Below are positions 39,544 through 50,605 of a stretch of 64,000 bases of DNA, in pieces. Made by a program: the position numbers and the translations under genes. Origin of the DNA: Nitrososphaerota archaeon (GTDB lineage: Archaea; Thermoproteota; Nitrososphaeria_A; Caldarchaeales; Calditenuaceae); assembly GCA_041641295.1 (NCBI GenBank), contig JBEPYO010000001.1, forward strand, positions 1,024,001 through 1,088,000, given 5' to 3'. A model generated the notes under the pieces. It worked only from the letters and a program-made list of their open reading frames with translations, ran no database searches and was not told the DNA's origin. Each line of letters opens with the position of its first letter. The first letter of the stretch is position 1.

Positions 39544-40200
39544 TTAATACTCGTGTAGGCGGCCATCTTTGAGTATGTAGTCCTTGTCTGCCGGTATTTC
39601 TTCGTGGAGGTCCGTAGTCGTTAGAACCACCGTCACCCCGCCCTCCCTGTTTATCCTGCCCAGAAGCTCCATCACCATGCTAGAGTTCTCGTCGTCAAGG
39701 CTCGATGTAGGCTCGTCTGCGACTATTATCCTCGGACTGTTCACCAGGGCCCTTATAATGGCTACTCGCTGCCTCTCTCCACCGCTCAGTGTGTCTGGAA
39801 ACCTCTCCGCTAGGCCCTGAAGGTCGAAGTATCTCAAGAGCTCTAGAGCCCTCTCCCTCCTACTCCGCCCATCCACCCCCGCGAGCGCCAGTGGAAGCTC
39901 AATGTTCTCCAGGACAGTCAGCGATGGGATCAGGTTGAAGAACTGGAAGACGAAGCCTATACCGTGAAGCCTCAGCCTCGACCTCTCATCGTCGCCCAGT
40001 CCATCGACCCGTCTGCCGAAGAGCCTGACCTCCCCGCTGTCCGGCCGCTCTAGGAGGCCAATGATCTTGAGGAGTGTTGTCTTGCCGGCGCCCGATTTGC
40101 CCCTGATCGAGACGAATTCGCCCCCATCGACCCTCAGGCTCAGGTTCTTCAGGACCCCTGTAGCCCCGTATGACTTCCAGATGTTGGATAGCTCTATCAA
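39544..40200 (-). CDS. ABC transporter ATP-binding protein (LolD/MacB type)
   Basis: GKSGAGKTT, FVFQFFNL, LSGGERQRVA and ADEPT motifs. The switch His appears replaced (TTTD). Confidence 0.95.
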   Translation of the reverse strand: MIELSNIWKSYGATGVLKNLSLRVDGGEFVSIRGKSGAGKTTLLKIIGLLERPDSGEVRLFGRRVDGLGDDERSRLRLHGIGFVFQFFNLIPSLTVLENIELPLALAGVDGRSRRERALELLRYFDLQGLAERFPDTLSGGERQRVAIIRALVNSPRIIVADEPTSSLDDENSSMVMELLGRINREGGVTVVLTTTDLHEEIPADKDYILKDGRLHEY

Positions 40201-41810
40201 GCGCCTCTACTCCCCACGACTTTTACGAAACCGTTCGAGTATATGGTATTCAGATCATACGTTTTCTCCATCCAACCCAGAGGCAGGTCTACACTATAGC
40301 CCCCATACAATACATATCCTTTCTCGAGCATCTGATCGTAGATGTATAGGGTTTTCGGCTCCGACCGGGTTTTTCCGGTCAAGTATCGGAGCCCCTGAAG
40401 CACGTCAACGCTCACGTTAAAGTATCCCTGGAGGAGGTAGGATGTCTTCACGTCTGCTGAAACAACCTGGCCCCCGCCTACCGTTGAGATCCATGCCGAT
40501 GCCTCGTATTCCTGGGGCCTGAAGAGCCAGAAGTAAGTCATATACCGCTCTTGAAGGGAGACAGATGCATACAGGCTGTAGGAGCCCATAGCCGCGATCA
40601 GGAGAAGCGCAGTAGCTGTAAACGTCTTTTTCAGCCTCCGCTTATGCTTGCATCCTACCGCTAGGCCTGTTCCATGGAATCCGACCGCGCATAGAAAAGC
40701 CAGCGGGGGCCAGAGGAAGTTTAGCGTCCTAAATGCTAAGCTCAGGCCTATGGGTGAGTTGCCGAAAACTGCATAGCATGCGGCTCCGAGGATCGTGGCG
40801 GCCCAGAAGACCGGCACCATTCTCCACTCGCTCATTATGCTTCGTGGCTCCCAAAACCCTAACGTAGCTAATGGGGCGGATAGAATGAACGGCATTGCAT
40901 AGATCATGTAGTGGTTGGGAAAAATCGGCGCGTCCGGAAATATTGGTGTCTTAGTGCTTATAAACGCTATCATGGATGCCGTCGCGACAGCGGCGCATGT
41001 GAGGCTCGCTTTAACTAGCGGATGTGCGTGGGGCTTGAAAGCAGAGTGTAGAGCTAGTGTGAAGGCGGCTGCCTGATACGAAGCTGCCGAAATAAGATCA
41101 CTAGCTGTTATGGCTATCTTGAATCCTTTATACGCGAAGAAAATGAAGTACAGGGCGGTAGCTGTCGCCAAGATCGAAACGTTCAGGACGCCAGTCTTCT
41201 CTAAACCTATGCCCTGTCTAAACCTCGTAAGGGACTTGGCTAATGTTATGGCGGCTAGAGCGGCTATTGTTATTATGGCTGTAAGATGATGAGATGAGGC
41301 CAGGGCTATAGAGGCTATCGTGAAGAGGAGTGTTTTCCTCCATCCTCCCCGCGCCAAGAATATGAAGATGCTTAGCATGTATATGGGGTTGGCGAAAGTC
41401 TCCTTCGTAACACCTGCAGTGAACATGACATGTGGATAGCCCGTAGCTAGAAGTAGGGCAGCTATAAACGCAATCACATGATTTCCGCTGAGGGCTCTAA
41501 CTAGGGCATACAGGATAAGTATGGTTATGGCCCCCGCCAGCGGTATGCCCACCGCCATTGCCTCCAAGGGCTTGAGGCCTGTTATCTGGGTGAGGACTGC
41601 TCCGAAGATGCTGCTCGCGGGCCAGTAGTTGTTGTAGCCGTCGAACACTGCGTCGTCAAGGCTTATGGGAGTGTTTTCTATGAGCAGCTCCGTGTTCCTT
41701 ATGATGGGCCAGCCGTCTGTCGAGTACGGTAGCCCGCTCAGGAGAGTTGGGTAGAGCCTCAACGCGACAGCAATGAAGAAGGGTATGACCGAGTAAAGGG
41801 TCGCCCTCAT
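40197..41810 (-). CDS. Polytopic membrane protein, GT-C-like
   Basis: About 13 TMs, an acidic first loop (STDGW), an HHLT motif and a C-terminal soluble domain ending IYSNG. Confidence 0.65.
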   Translation of the reverse strand: MRATLYSVIPFFIAVALRLYPTLLSGLPYSTDGWPIIRNTELLIENTPISLDDAVFDGYNNYWPASSIFGAVLTQITGLKPLEAMAVGIPLAGAITILILYALVRALSGNHVIAFIAALLLATGYPHVMFTAGVTKETFANPIYMLSIFIFLARGGWRKTLLFTIASIALASSHHLTAIITIAALAAITLAKSLTRFRQGIGLEKTGVLNVSILATATALYFIFFAYKGFKIAITASDLISAASYQAAAFTLALHSAFKPHAHPLVKASLTCAAVATASMIAFISTKTPIFPDAPIFPNHYMIYAMPFILSAPLATLGFWEPRSIMSEWRMVPVFWAATILGAACYAVFGNSPIGLSLAFRTLNFLWPPLAFLCAVGFHGTGLAVGCKHKRRLKKTFTATALLLIAAMGSYSLYASVSLQERYMTYFWLFRPQEYEASAWISTVGGGQVVSADVKTSYLLQGYFNVSVDVLQGLRYLTGKTRSEPKTLYIYDQMLEKGYVLYGGYSVDLPLGWMEKTYDLNTIYSNGFVKVVGSRGA

Positions 41811-42994
41811 CCCAGCTCCGAGCGTATAACGCCCAGAGCGACTAGGACGATCGAGAGTATGAAGTTGATGGCTATGATTAGGGGGTCGGGCTGGAACTGG
41901 ACCGTGTGTGACAGGACCTGCAGGTAGCCGTTTTCATGGATAAAGACCATGACCACTGAAGCCGCGGTCACTCCAGCAGACGATGAGACTATAGACCACG
42001 GTAAGAGCTTGACTAGCAGGTCTCTCTTTACCAGTTTTTTGGAGGCTCCTATCGACCTTAATACTTCTATCTCGCCCCTATGCTGTGCTACTATGCTTCT
42101 GGATGCAGCCACTATGCTCGTGCCGGAGAATAGGAAGACCAGCGCTGAGAGGGTGATCAGGGCCTCCCTAGTCACTCCATACCTCTCCATGTAGCTTTTC
42201 ATGAACCTCTGCGCCTCCTCAACCCCTATCCTCTCTACAGTGAAGCGCGCAGTGATCCTTGGTATGATCGGCTGGCCTGGCGGCTGCTGCTGGCTAGGCT
42301 CCCCCCGGCCTGGGGCTGGCTCTTCGGCCTCCTTGGCAACCTCATCAAAGATTCGGACAGGACTTATGGCGCCTTTGTCTATTCTGAATCTTATGAGGGT
42401 TACGTGGCCGTAGTCGGCTCCCCTGAGCCATTGACCCACGTACAAGGGCGCGAGGGCCTCATCATCCATGACCGAGCCCGACTCGTAGACTCCCTTAACA
42501 TGCAGCTCCACATACTGGTCTCTTAAAACGCTGAAGACCAGTACTTTATCGCCGGGCTTAAGGCCCAGAGTCCTTGCCAAGCGCTTCCCAACAATCATTG
42601 AGTATGTGTCGTTGAGCTGAAGCATCTCCCCATCCATTATCTTTAGCTTGGTTAGCTTGGCGAACTCCTTCGGGACCACCCCCCTGACGAATACGGCCCT
42701 ACCGTCTATGATGCATGGTGCTATCGCCTCTGGACTGCTGGCCAGGACACCTTCAAGGACTCCTATCCTCTCGGCCAAATAGGCTGGAACCAGTCCTGTG
42801 AAGGGTGTGCTGCTCCCCTTATCATATAGCACCACAATGTCTTCTCCACCGCCCATATAAGCTATGAAGCCACCATAGAACCCCACCAAGCTGAAGGCCA
42901 TCATCGAGAAGAGCGCCGAAGCTAGGGTCAGTATCAGGACTAGGGTCGTGATGCGTCTCCGCTTCAGGTATCTGAAGCCCGCGAGCCCACTCAT
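41807..42994 (-). CDS. FtsX/MacB-like ABC permease
   Basis: TM, periplasmic domain (IVGKRLARTLGLKPGD), EIEVLRSIGAS and three TMs. Confidence 0.9.
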   Translation of the reverse strand: MSGLAGFRYLKRRRITTLVLILTLASALFSMMAFSLVGFYGGFIAYMGGGEDIVVLYDKGSSTPFTGLVPAYLAERIGVLEGVLASSPEAIAPCIIDGRAVFVRGVVPKEFAKLTKLKIMDGEMLQLNDTYSMIVGKRLARTLGLKPGDKVLVFSVLRDQYVELHVKGVYESGSVMDDEALAPLYVGQWLRGADYGHVTLIRFRIDKGAISPVRIFDEVAKEAEEPAPGRGEPSQQQPPGQPIIPRITARFTVERIGVEEAQRFMKSYMERYGVTREALITLSALVFLFSGTSIVAASRSIVAQHRGEIEVLRSIGASKKLVKRDLLVKLLPWSIVSSSAGVTAASVVMVFIHENGYLQVLSHTVQFQPDPLIIAINFILSIVLVALGVIRSELG

Positions 42995-44127
42995 AGCGGC
43001 TGCTCCACGTACCTCACACGGGCCGTCTTAAACGCCGGATACAAGCATCCAAGAACCGACGAAGCAAGCGCGAGAAATACTATCTGAAGCGCCTGCCTAG
43101 GCTCCATAAATGGACTAAGCTCTATTCCTCGATGTATCCATCTAAGGATTGTTGAGACTACTTGGGCTCCGGCTGTGCCTAGGGCTATTCCCAGGATTGA
43201 GCCCAGGAGGGCTGTTGCCATGGTGTAGGCTAAGACTGTTGTATAGATGTGGTGTTTTCTGGCTCCCAAGGCCCTCAGCATGGCTAGCTCGTAGCTTGAC
43301 TCTGTTATGAGCTTCATGACGGCTATGTGGGAGGCTGCGGCGACCGCGGCGTAGACGGCTAGGGACCACACGTTCAGGAAGACCAGGGTTTGGGTATTCA
43401 TTTGCTGTGTGAACTCTCTCAGCTGTTGGGGCTGGACCAGCTTGACGTTCTCTGGCAGTAGCTTCGTGATCTGGCTCAGGGCCTCATGGCTGTCCACGCC
43501 CTCTTTGAGAGATAGCTCGATCAGCGATACTGTGTGATTGTTCGCGGCGAGGATGTTTGCTGTCTCGATGGGGACTAGGAGCTCTGCGTCGCTCTGCGTC
43601 TGGCTTCTATAAACGCCAACCACTTTAACCCTGACTTGCCTGTCACCTACTGCCAAGTCTACCTCGTCTTGGAGGCCTATTGAGAGTGCCCTCGCCAATA
43701 TCTCACCTATGTTTGCCTCCGCCCAGCCTTTTGCAATCGCCCCATTCAGATAGGCCCTCCTAGTCTTAAGGAAGCTGCCGACATCTTCTACGCCTCTAAT
43801 ATAGGCTGTGTAGCTGCCTGAGCCTGTAGCTAGGTCTGCAACAAGCACCCTCTGTGGGAGTACATAGTCTATGGAGCCGAGGCCGACGAACCTGCTGGCT
43901 AGAATCCTCTCCACTTGGCTATCCGTCAGGGCCCTAGAGTCTGCGCTCAGTATCAGATAGGTCCTGCCCAGATTTACAAGTTCTCCAATGACCTGGGTTT
44001 GATAGCTTATGGAATTGTATATGGAGTTCGTGGACGCTGGGATGGCTATGAGAAGTGCTACGGCTGAGATGAAAGCTGCTGTTCCTCCCCTCCGGAATAG
44101 CATTTTACAGCCTAGGACGAGCGCCAA
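42991..44127 (-). CDS. FtsX/MacB-like ABC permease
   Basis: IGEILARALSIG, ELAMLRALGA and CLYPA motifs. Confidence 0.9.
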   Translation of the reverse strand: MALVLGCKMLFRRGGTAAFISAVALLIAIPASTNSIYNSISYQTQVIGELVNLGRTYLILSADSRALTDSQVERILASRFVGLGSIDYVLPQRVLVADLATGSGSYTAYIRGVEDVGSFLKTRRAYLNGAIAKGWAEANIGEILARALSIGLQDEVDLAVGDRQVRVKVVGVYRSQTQSDAELLVPIETANILAANNHTVSLIELSLKEGVDSHEALSQITKLLPENVKLVQPQQLREFTQQMNTQTLVFLNVWSLAVYAAVAAASHIAVMKLITESSYELAMLRALGARKHHIYTTVLAYTMATALLGSILGIALGTAGAQVVSTILRWIHRGIELSPFMEPRQALQIVFLALASSVLGCLYPAFKTARVRYVEQPL

Positions 44128-44152
44128 CTCTCAAAACAAAATAATGAATGGG

Positions 44153-44440
44153 CTACTCTTTCCCTTCCTCCTTCCTCATTTCCTCCTCCATCTTCTTCAT
44201 CTCCTCTTCGATCTCTTTCTCGATATCCTCAATAGGCTTCGGTGGAGGTGTTGTCGCAAGTGTGTAGCCTATCCAGCCCAGAATCCCGAATACGCCCGCT
44301 ATCGCTACGGCCCCTGTCAACTTGAGTAAGAGTAAGTCTACGCCTGTTATCGGTGGGAAGAAGACGAGCCAGATGTAGGCTATTACTATTGCGGCCGAGA
44401 CAAGCAGTAGGGCCGCACCTATTACTCTGTCCCTGCTCAT
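44153..44440 (-). CDS. 2-TM protein with acidic coiled-coil tail, DPM2/DPM3-like
   Basis: DRVIGAALLLVS..I..Y.W, LGWIGYTLATTPPPKPIEDIEKEIEEE. Confidence 0.8.
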   Translation of the reverse strand: MSRDRVIGAALLLVSAAIVIAYIWLVFFPPITGVDLLLLKLTGAVAIAGVFGILGWIGYTLATTPPPKPIEDIEKEIEEEMKKMEEEMRKEEGKE

Positions 44441-44782
44441 TAGTATAGCATGGGTTTAAAACCGAATATAAGCCTTATTAGATAGACGGCTTGTTTGTGA
44501 GCTTCTTAACGGTCTTTTCAATTGTCGTAGCCGTCCACCGAGGCTTTTACGCATTCCTCGGCGGACCTATAGAGCTCCTCAAGTGATCTGGTAGCATCAC
44601 CCCCTTGCTGGGTAGTCATCAGTCTCACTGAGCAAATGATCGATAAGCTTCATCTTTCTGGAGGCAGGTGTGGATGGACGGACAGGTTTCCGCACTCCCA
44701 TACGAGTCTTCATGCTAATTATTGTTAAGCACGTGGCTCCTTAGAGTGAGTCTCGAGAACTGCTTCTCTATAGCTCTCCACT

Positions 44783-46378
44783 TCAACTCGTTAAGGATAG
44801 AATGCGCTTTTCGAAGGATAGGGCTATCTTTGATAGCTTGGATATTGGCTTAATGTCCTCTGTGATTAGATTTAGGTTGTTTATGTCCTCGGGCTTTATA
44901 GCGCCTATAAGCGGGGCCAGAATCAAGTAAGCTAGGAGGAAGGTTGCTGCGGAGAGCATGAGTTTGACTAGGTGTGATGAAGGAAGATACGAGGCTATGG
45001 CAAGTATTGGCGTCGAGGATATGAGGCCTGCCGCGCAGATCCGCACGATGCCGTCTAAGTTGAATTTTAGGCCGTATTTGCTGTGGGCTGTCAGCGCCAG
45101 ATAGGCTAGAGGCGGCGCACCTGAGATTATCAGCGCGGCTATGAAGCCGGGGACCCTGTAAAGCCACGTCAGGACGGGCGTCAGCAGGAGTACGGCTGGA
45201 AGCTGGATCAATGTCGCTTTGAGCGATATGTCTGTCCTCCCTATGCCGTTGAAGAAGCTTCCCAAAACCAGTGAGAATCCGGTGTATATGAATGTGGTCG
45301 AGTACAGCGTCAGGTATAGAGGCGCCTCAACGTAGCTTGAGCCGTAAAAGACCGAGACGAGCTCCCTAGAGCTGACGGCTATGAATATGGATGCCGGGAT
45401 GACGAGGAGAAGAGTGTACTTCAACGTGTTTGTGAAGAGGCTTTGCAAGTCGCGCGTCTCGCTATCAGGGTCAAGCTTCGAGAATGCTGGGAAGAGGGCC
45501 GTCGATATAGGAGTTGTGAGAATGGCGATTGCGGCTGAGAACACTGTGGCTACATAGTAGTTTCCTATTTCCATGTTTGACGTGAACCATGCGAGGTTTA
45601 GGGACTGATACTGGCCCAGCAGGCTGGCTATCAAGGCTGACGCGTAGAGGGGTATGCCGTATCTGATCATTGGGGTTAGGCTCTGGATGATGCCTTGGTC
45701 TTCGTTTAAGCTGAATCTTGGAAGCTTAGACATCCTCGCGATCATTATAGCTCCAACCACACCTGCAACCACATAGCCTAGGACATGGCCTGCAAGCGCT
45801 CCGAAGACGCTGAGCCCCACTACTATGAGGATAGGGGCCGATACTGCCTTAACAGATGCTTGAATAACTGAGAGTAACGCCGTCTTATCCATTTTATCCA
45901 AGCCATTGAAGACACTGCTCGCTGTACCAACGAGCATGCCTCCAACTATTACTATGGAGGCCAGGCGGATAAGGGAGCCTGCTTCCGGCCTCTTAAGGAG
46001 ATGAGTTGCAAACTCATCAGCAAACAGAAACGTCAATAGAAACATTAGGAATGACATTGCAAGTCGGAAGAGGAGACCTGCCCCTACAAAGCTTCCAATG
46101 GACCCGCTTTTACCCACAGATCTGAGCTTGGCTGTGAACCTCACGAGGGCCGAGTCCACACCGAAATCCGTAAATAGGAGCATTAGGGACGGCGCTATAA
46201 GCGCTACCGAATAAAGCCCGTAGTTTGATGGTCCAAGCAGCCTAGCTACAATTATTGAAGCTATTGCGAGGATCGCTGTTGACGAGGTGTTTCCCACGAA
46301 TATGTGGAGGCTTCCCCTAGCCGCCTCCTTCGCAACCCTCGCAACCTTCGGTAATTCTGGGTTTTGCCCTCCCGGCAT
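44783..46378 (-). CDS. Polysaccharide flippase (Wzx/MOP family)
   Basis: ARLLGPSNYGLY, DFGVDSALVRF, ALFPAFS; about 14 TMs. Confidence 0.92.
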   Translation of the reverse strand: MPGGQNPELPKVARVAKEAARGSLHIFVGNTSSTAILAIASIIVARLLGPSNYGLYSVALIAPSLMLLFTDFGVDSALVRFTAKLRSVGKSGSIGSFVGAGLLFRLAMSFLMFLLTFLFADEFATHLLKRPEAGSLIRLASIVIVGGMLVGTASSVFNGLDKMDKTALLSVIQASVKAVSAPILIVVGLSVFGALAGHVLGYVVAGVVGAIMIARMSKLPRFSLNEDQGIIQSLTPMIRYGIPLYASALIASLLGQYQSLNLAWFTSNMEIGNYYVATVFSAAIAILTTPISTALFPAFSKLDPDSETRDLQSLFTNTLKYTLLLVIPASIFIAVSSRELVSVFYGSSYVEAPLYLTLYSTTFIYTGFSLVLGSFFNGIGRTDISLKATLIQLPAVLLLTPVLTWLYRVPGFIAALIISGAPPLAYLALTAHSKYGLKFNLDGIVRICAAGLISSTPILAIASYLPSSHLVKLMLSAATFLLAYLILAPLIGAIKPEDINNLNLITEDIKPISKLSKIALSFEKRILSLTS

Positions 46379-46512
46379 AGCAGACTACCAGCTTTAGGCT
46401 GCGCGCCGATATGAACTCTTCATTTGGAGAATGAGCTACGACTAAGAGTAGGCTCAGAGATCAGGGAAATAGACAGATAACTGTTCTGCGCTCAAACGCT
46501 TCGTCTAAGCCT

Positions 46513-48492
46513 CTACAAACCCTTACTATCGGTGACATTTTTGCCGCCGACCACCTTCAAGTAGAAGACCGAGAAAAACTGGTTGCTGTATACCTCCTTG
46601 ACTGTGGCCTTTAGGCTTGGCGCTGAGCTTGAGAGGAAGGCTTGCAGGTTCTCGTCGAACTTCTTAAGCGGTGTGAACGCGAGTAGCACGTAAGCGCTCG
46701 ACTTGTTGCGTGTGGTGATCACCTGCAATATGTCATGTGGTGTCGGCGTACTAAGAACGAATGCTAATTCAGATGTGCTGGGATTCCTTAGCTCGAGATG
46801 CACGAATCTACCCCAGCTCAGCCCGGTAATTAGCGGGGATTCCTTCAAGTCTAGACCTTGGACGAACTCTGCGGCCTCGAGGGCGCTATCGAAGACCGCT
46901 GCATAGGGTGGTGAGGGAACCATTCCATAAGGGATTCTGTAGAGGGGTGAGAACAGGAGCTGGTTGTAGTAGTGGTAGGAGGGGTGCATTGTGGCGTAGA
47001 AGCCAGGTGCTATGAGGAGAGCCACTGTGAGGACCGCGAGCTGCTTGCGCTTGATCTCTCCTAGCTGAGGTAGTGCTATTGGGAGCGCCAGCACCGCCGC
47101 AGTCATTAGGATCCTGTCCCACTCAGCAGGTGCTACATATGGCGCGAGCCACGGGAGAACGGATAGGAACAGTAGCACGGCAACCATGTAGACTGTGTAT
47201 CTAACCCTGCCCGCATATCTGTCAAACCCCATCGCGAGCAGAGGTGCGAGCGGTCCAAACGTGATAAACACGTAAGCAAATGTTCCAGACTCCCACCCAG
47301 TCCCTCCGCCAACAGCTGGCGGGGATACCCCTACCACGGGATGCTCGGCTACTGGTTTTCCAACATACCACGTTATCAACGCGTACGAGACAGACGCCAA
47401 TAGGAGGTACAGCACTGCCACCGGCAGTTTTTTCTCCCTGACGATCACGTAGGCGGATAGGATTATTGTAAAGGCCGCTCCAAGCTCCGATGCCAGGGAG
47501 GATAAAAAGAGGAGAACTGCGGCTACCACGTGCTTCCTAGAGTTAGCGCCCGCCTCCAAGACTATTAGCGCGCATAGGAGTAGGATCGTCGCCAAGAACT
47601 GCTTGTGGAGGTCCCACGCCATCCTGAGCAGGAGGATGCTGAAGGGTGCTACAAGGGCTACTAGGAGGGAGCGCCTAGTGCTGATGCCTAGAACTCTTAT
47701 CGAGAAGGTTGTCATCAACATCGCGAGGAGGCCGTAGGCAACCGGTGGATAGAGCTTGAATATGTACCAAGGGTCTACCAGTAAAGCGAGCGGGTAGAGG
47801 AACCAGTCAATCAGCGGGGGGATGTTTCTGGGCCCTCCCATCCAGTAATAAGACCCGAAGATAGACGGCCTATCTACAAAGTCCCTCAGATGGGCTACGT
47901 ACTCGACCGTGTCGTACCCGATCGGTCGAGGCCACCAGTAGACCTCCGGCAGAAGTCTCACAGTGAAGCCTAGAAGAAAGGCTATAATCTCGCTGCGGTC
48001 GAGAACCGCGCCAGCGCGGAGTGAGAGCGAGCGACAGAGCTCCCCGAGGGTGATCCCCTTCGAGAAGACGTAGGGTCCTCCATGGAGCCTGTTAACGAGC
48101 ATCGAGCCCACGCCGAGAACGCCCGCCGAGAACATAGTGGGATAGACGTATACCAGCACCTGAGGACCAGCCACTCCGCAGCCAATACACAGGTAGCCCG
48201 GCTCGATCAACAACGCACTATGAACAAGCGAGGCCGCACGGACGAAGGAAACTAGCACGAATCCCATGACCTCTAAGAGCAGGGTCGAGTACAAGCTAGC
48301 CCCGCTGTACTCCCTGAGGTCATAATACATTGCAGCCAGAAGAAGAATCGTAGAAGACCAGAAGGTGTAGTCCACTCTTACGAAGAAGTAGAAGTCAGCG
48401 CTCCCAGAGGTGATGAGTGGTAAAGTCAGTACGGCTAAGCCTAGTAAACCGAGGAGCAGCCTATGCCTACTCACGATTCCACTATCGTCCAA
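46513..48492 (-). CDS. Polytopic GT-C-like membrane protein
   Basis: RLLPE...PIGYDT..Y loop, WDLHKQ motif, many TMs and a C-terminal soluble domain. Confidence 0.65.
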   Translation of the reverse strand: MDDSGIVSRHRLLLGLLGLAVLTLPLITSGSADFYFFVRVDYTFWSSTILLLAAMYYDLREYSGASLYSTLLLEVMGFVLVSFVRAASLVHSALLIEPGYLCIGCGVAGPQVLVYVYPTMFSAGVLGVGSMLVNRLHGGPYVFSKGITLGELCRSLSLRAGAVLDRSEIIAFLLGFTVRLLPEVYWWPRPIGYDTVEYVAHLRDFVDRPSIFGSYYWMGGPRNIPPLIDWFLYPLALLVDPWYIFKLYPPVAYGLLAMLMTTFSIRVLGISTRRSLLVALVAPFSILLLRMAWDLHKQFLATILLLCALIVLEAGANSRKHVVAAVLLFLSSLASELGAAFTIILSAYVIVREKKLPVAVLYLLLASVSYALITWYVGKPVAEHPVVGVSPPAVGGGTGWESGTFAYVFITFGPLAPLLAMGFDRYAGRVRYTVYMVAVLLFLSVLPWLAPYVAPAEWDRILMTAAVLALPIALPQLGEIKRKQLAVLTVALLIAPGFYATMHPSYHYYNQLLFSPLYRIPYGMVPSPPYAAVFDSALEAAEFVQGLDLKESPLITGLSWGRFVHLELRNPSTSELAFVLSTPTPHDILQVITTRNKSSAYVLLAFTPLKKFDENLQAFLSSSAPSLKATVKEVYSNQFFSVFYLKVVGGKNVTDSKGL

Positions 48493-48721
48493 CGCACTTA
48501 TGGCCGAAGAAGACTAGATACGCCGTTCTAACGGCAAAATATAGCTTCTAACATGACATAATGTAATTGATGTAGTGGTTATAAATATGTCCGCCTAGCC
48601 AGCCTCGATAACACAAATCTACCGATGCGTGACTCCCGCACCGTCTTCAATAAGATAGTGGATGTTGTTCTTGTGAAGAGTCTTCGAAGGTTTAAGTAAT
48701 ACATGAAAAAATCTGGTAACA

Positions 48722-49515
48722 TTACCCACTTCTTAAAAGTTGATCGGGATCATTTTTGATGAGTGGTGGCATTTTCTTCGATTTTATAACGCATATATAT
48801 CCGAAATATCGTAATGGTGTTCTTGAAAGGAGGGCGTTATCTAAGACCTCAAGGAGCGGAAGTAACGGTTTCAATAATCTTTTTATTAGTGGCTTGTAAC
48901 AAATGTGACCAGGAAGTATACATGCTCCTCTAGCATCTACTATTTTAAGACCAAGTCTTCGGAGCTCACTTTTTAATGTCCAATAACTTTTCCATTGATC
49001 GTATGGATGTTTCGCTTTACTTTTCCGCTCAAGGTAGATCTTCTGAGGAAAGTATAGGCTTAATACGTTAGGTGTTGACACTATGAGAACTCCATACATC
49101 CTTAGTACACGATGAAGCTCTTTAAGAGCTTCTTTCCAATCTGGAATGTGCTCTAACACCTCGCTACATACTATTTGGTTAAAAATTTCATCTCTAAATG
49201 GAAGATGTGTTAAGCTAGCTGCAATCACACAAATTCGTGACTCATGTCGCTTCAATGCTTCGAATAAGCTCCGAATAGATATATCCACTCCTACATAGAC
49301 TCCACGTGTGACGTTCATGATCATCTGCGCATCCCTCCCAACGCCGCATCCGGCATCTAGCACCATACCACTCCTAGGTTCGAGTAGATCGGCAATCTGG
49401 GACCTACGGACTCTTTGCTCGTAGCGAGAATAGGATCAACTTCAACAGCTCGACTCGAAGCAAGATCGTCAAACCATCTCGCTATCTTTTCATACAAACG
49501 GCTACTCTTGCTCAA
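48722..49515 (-). pseudogene. Class I SAM methyltransferase with a frameshifted 5' end
   Basis: VLDAGCGVG, SEVLEH and STPN motifs. The natural N-terminus (TTG 49515, LYEKIARWFDDLA) is in another frame and joins near 49431. Confidence 0.75.
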
Positions 49516-49516
49516 T

Positions 49517-50605
49517 TTAACTTTCTGCTAAAACACTTTCGTAGACTTTTCTATATTGGGCGGCGATGACGCCCCAGTCAAAGAGTTTAGCGTATTCTCT
49601 CGCTCTCGAAGAATAGAAATCATAGTTGTCCATAATTTGATCCACTGCTGTAGCTACTTCTCGCGGGTTCTCTCCTTGAACTAGAACACCAGCCCTAGAG
49701 TTTAAAACATGTTCTCGCATGGCATACCCGTTTCTCGCTATTACAGGCTTACCGCATGCCATACCCTCTAAAATAGGTAGACCAAAGCTGTGACAATAAT
49801 CGACTGCCAAAACTATATCCGCCGCATTATAGTATAGTGGCATTATTTCATGAGGAACCCATCCAATGAAATGTATGACGCGATCAAGTCTTAGAGCCTT
49901 AACCTTGGCTCTGTAATAAGCTAAATCTCTTCCCGTGCCGATGAATACTAAACGTGCCTCCGGGAATTTTTTAAGTATGAAAGGCATTGATGCTATATGA
50001 TAATCTATTGCTTTATGCATCTCTATCAATCCGACCTTTAACAACATCGGGTTTCCACACTTCAGCTTTAGAATCTTTTCAGGTTCACTGATAGGTCTAA
50101 ACTTTTCAGTATCAATGCCATTCGGAATTTTTACGACACTTTGACACCCAATTTGCCTTAATTCATCAACTATGTAATCGCTTATCCCTACAGTTAAATC
50201 TGCTCTAGGTGAAAAGAGTCTACAAAAATGAGCGAAAAGCGTACCTGGTATACTCGCTATTCGCGAATACTTCATAGGTACTATACCGTGATCTGTATAT
50301 ATTATCCTAGCTTTACGCTTTCTTCTCAACAATCCGGGCAAAGTATATACATCATGAGTATGAACGATGTCAAACTGATCAACTGTTTTCCCTAACATTT
50401 TCCAGAGCTCTAAAGTGGTTTTAGGTCTTAACTCTATTATCTCTACGCCTTCTTCAACTTTCCGCACAATCCTACGACAAATTAAAGTAATATCAAAGGT
50501 TTCTCTAAGCTTAATTGCCAATTGAACCGCTACTTGAGTTATACCAGCATAATTATATTCTCCAAAAAGTATAGCGAGGAAACGTTTTGGCATCTTAATT
50601 AACAC
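49517..50605 (-). CDS. Glycosyltransferase family 4
   Basis: DIVHTH, IPNGID and SFGLPILEGMACGKPV motifs. Confidence 0.93.
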   Translation of the reverse strand: MLIKMPKRFLAILFGEYNYAGITQVAVQLAIKLRETFDITLICRRIVRKVEEGVEIIELRPKTTLELWKMLGKTVDQFDIVHTHDVYTLPGLLRRKRKARIIYTDHGIVPMKYSRIASIPGTLFAHFCRLFSPRADLTVGISDYIVDELRQIGCQSVVKIPNGIDTEKFRPISEPEKILKLKCGNPMLLKVGLIEMHKAIDYHIASMPFILKKFPEARLVFIGTGRDLAYYRAKVKALRLDRVIHFIGWVPHEIMPLYYNAADIVLAVDYCHSFGLPILEGMACGKPVIARNGYAMREHVLNSRAGVLVQGENPREVATAVDQIMDNYDFYSSRAREYAKLFDWGVIAAQYRKVYESVLAES

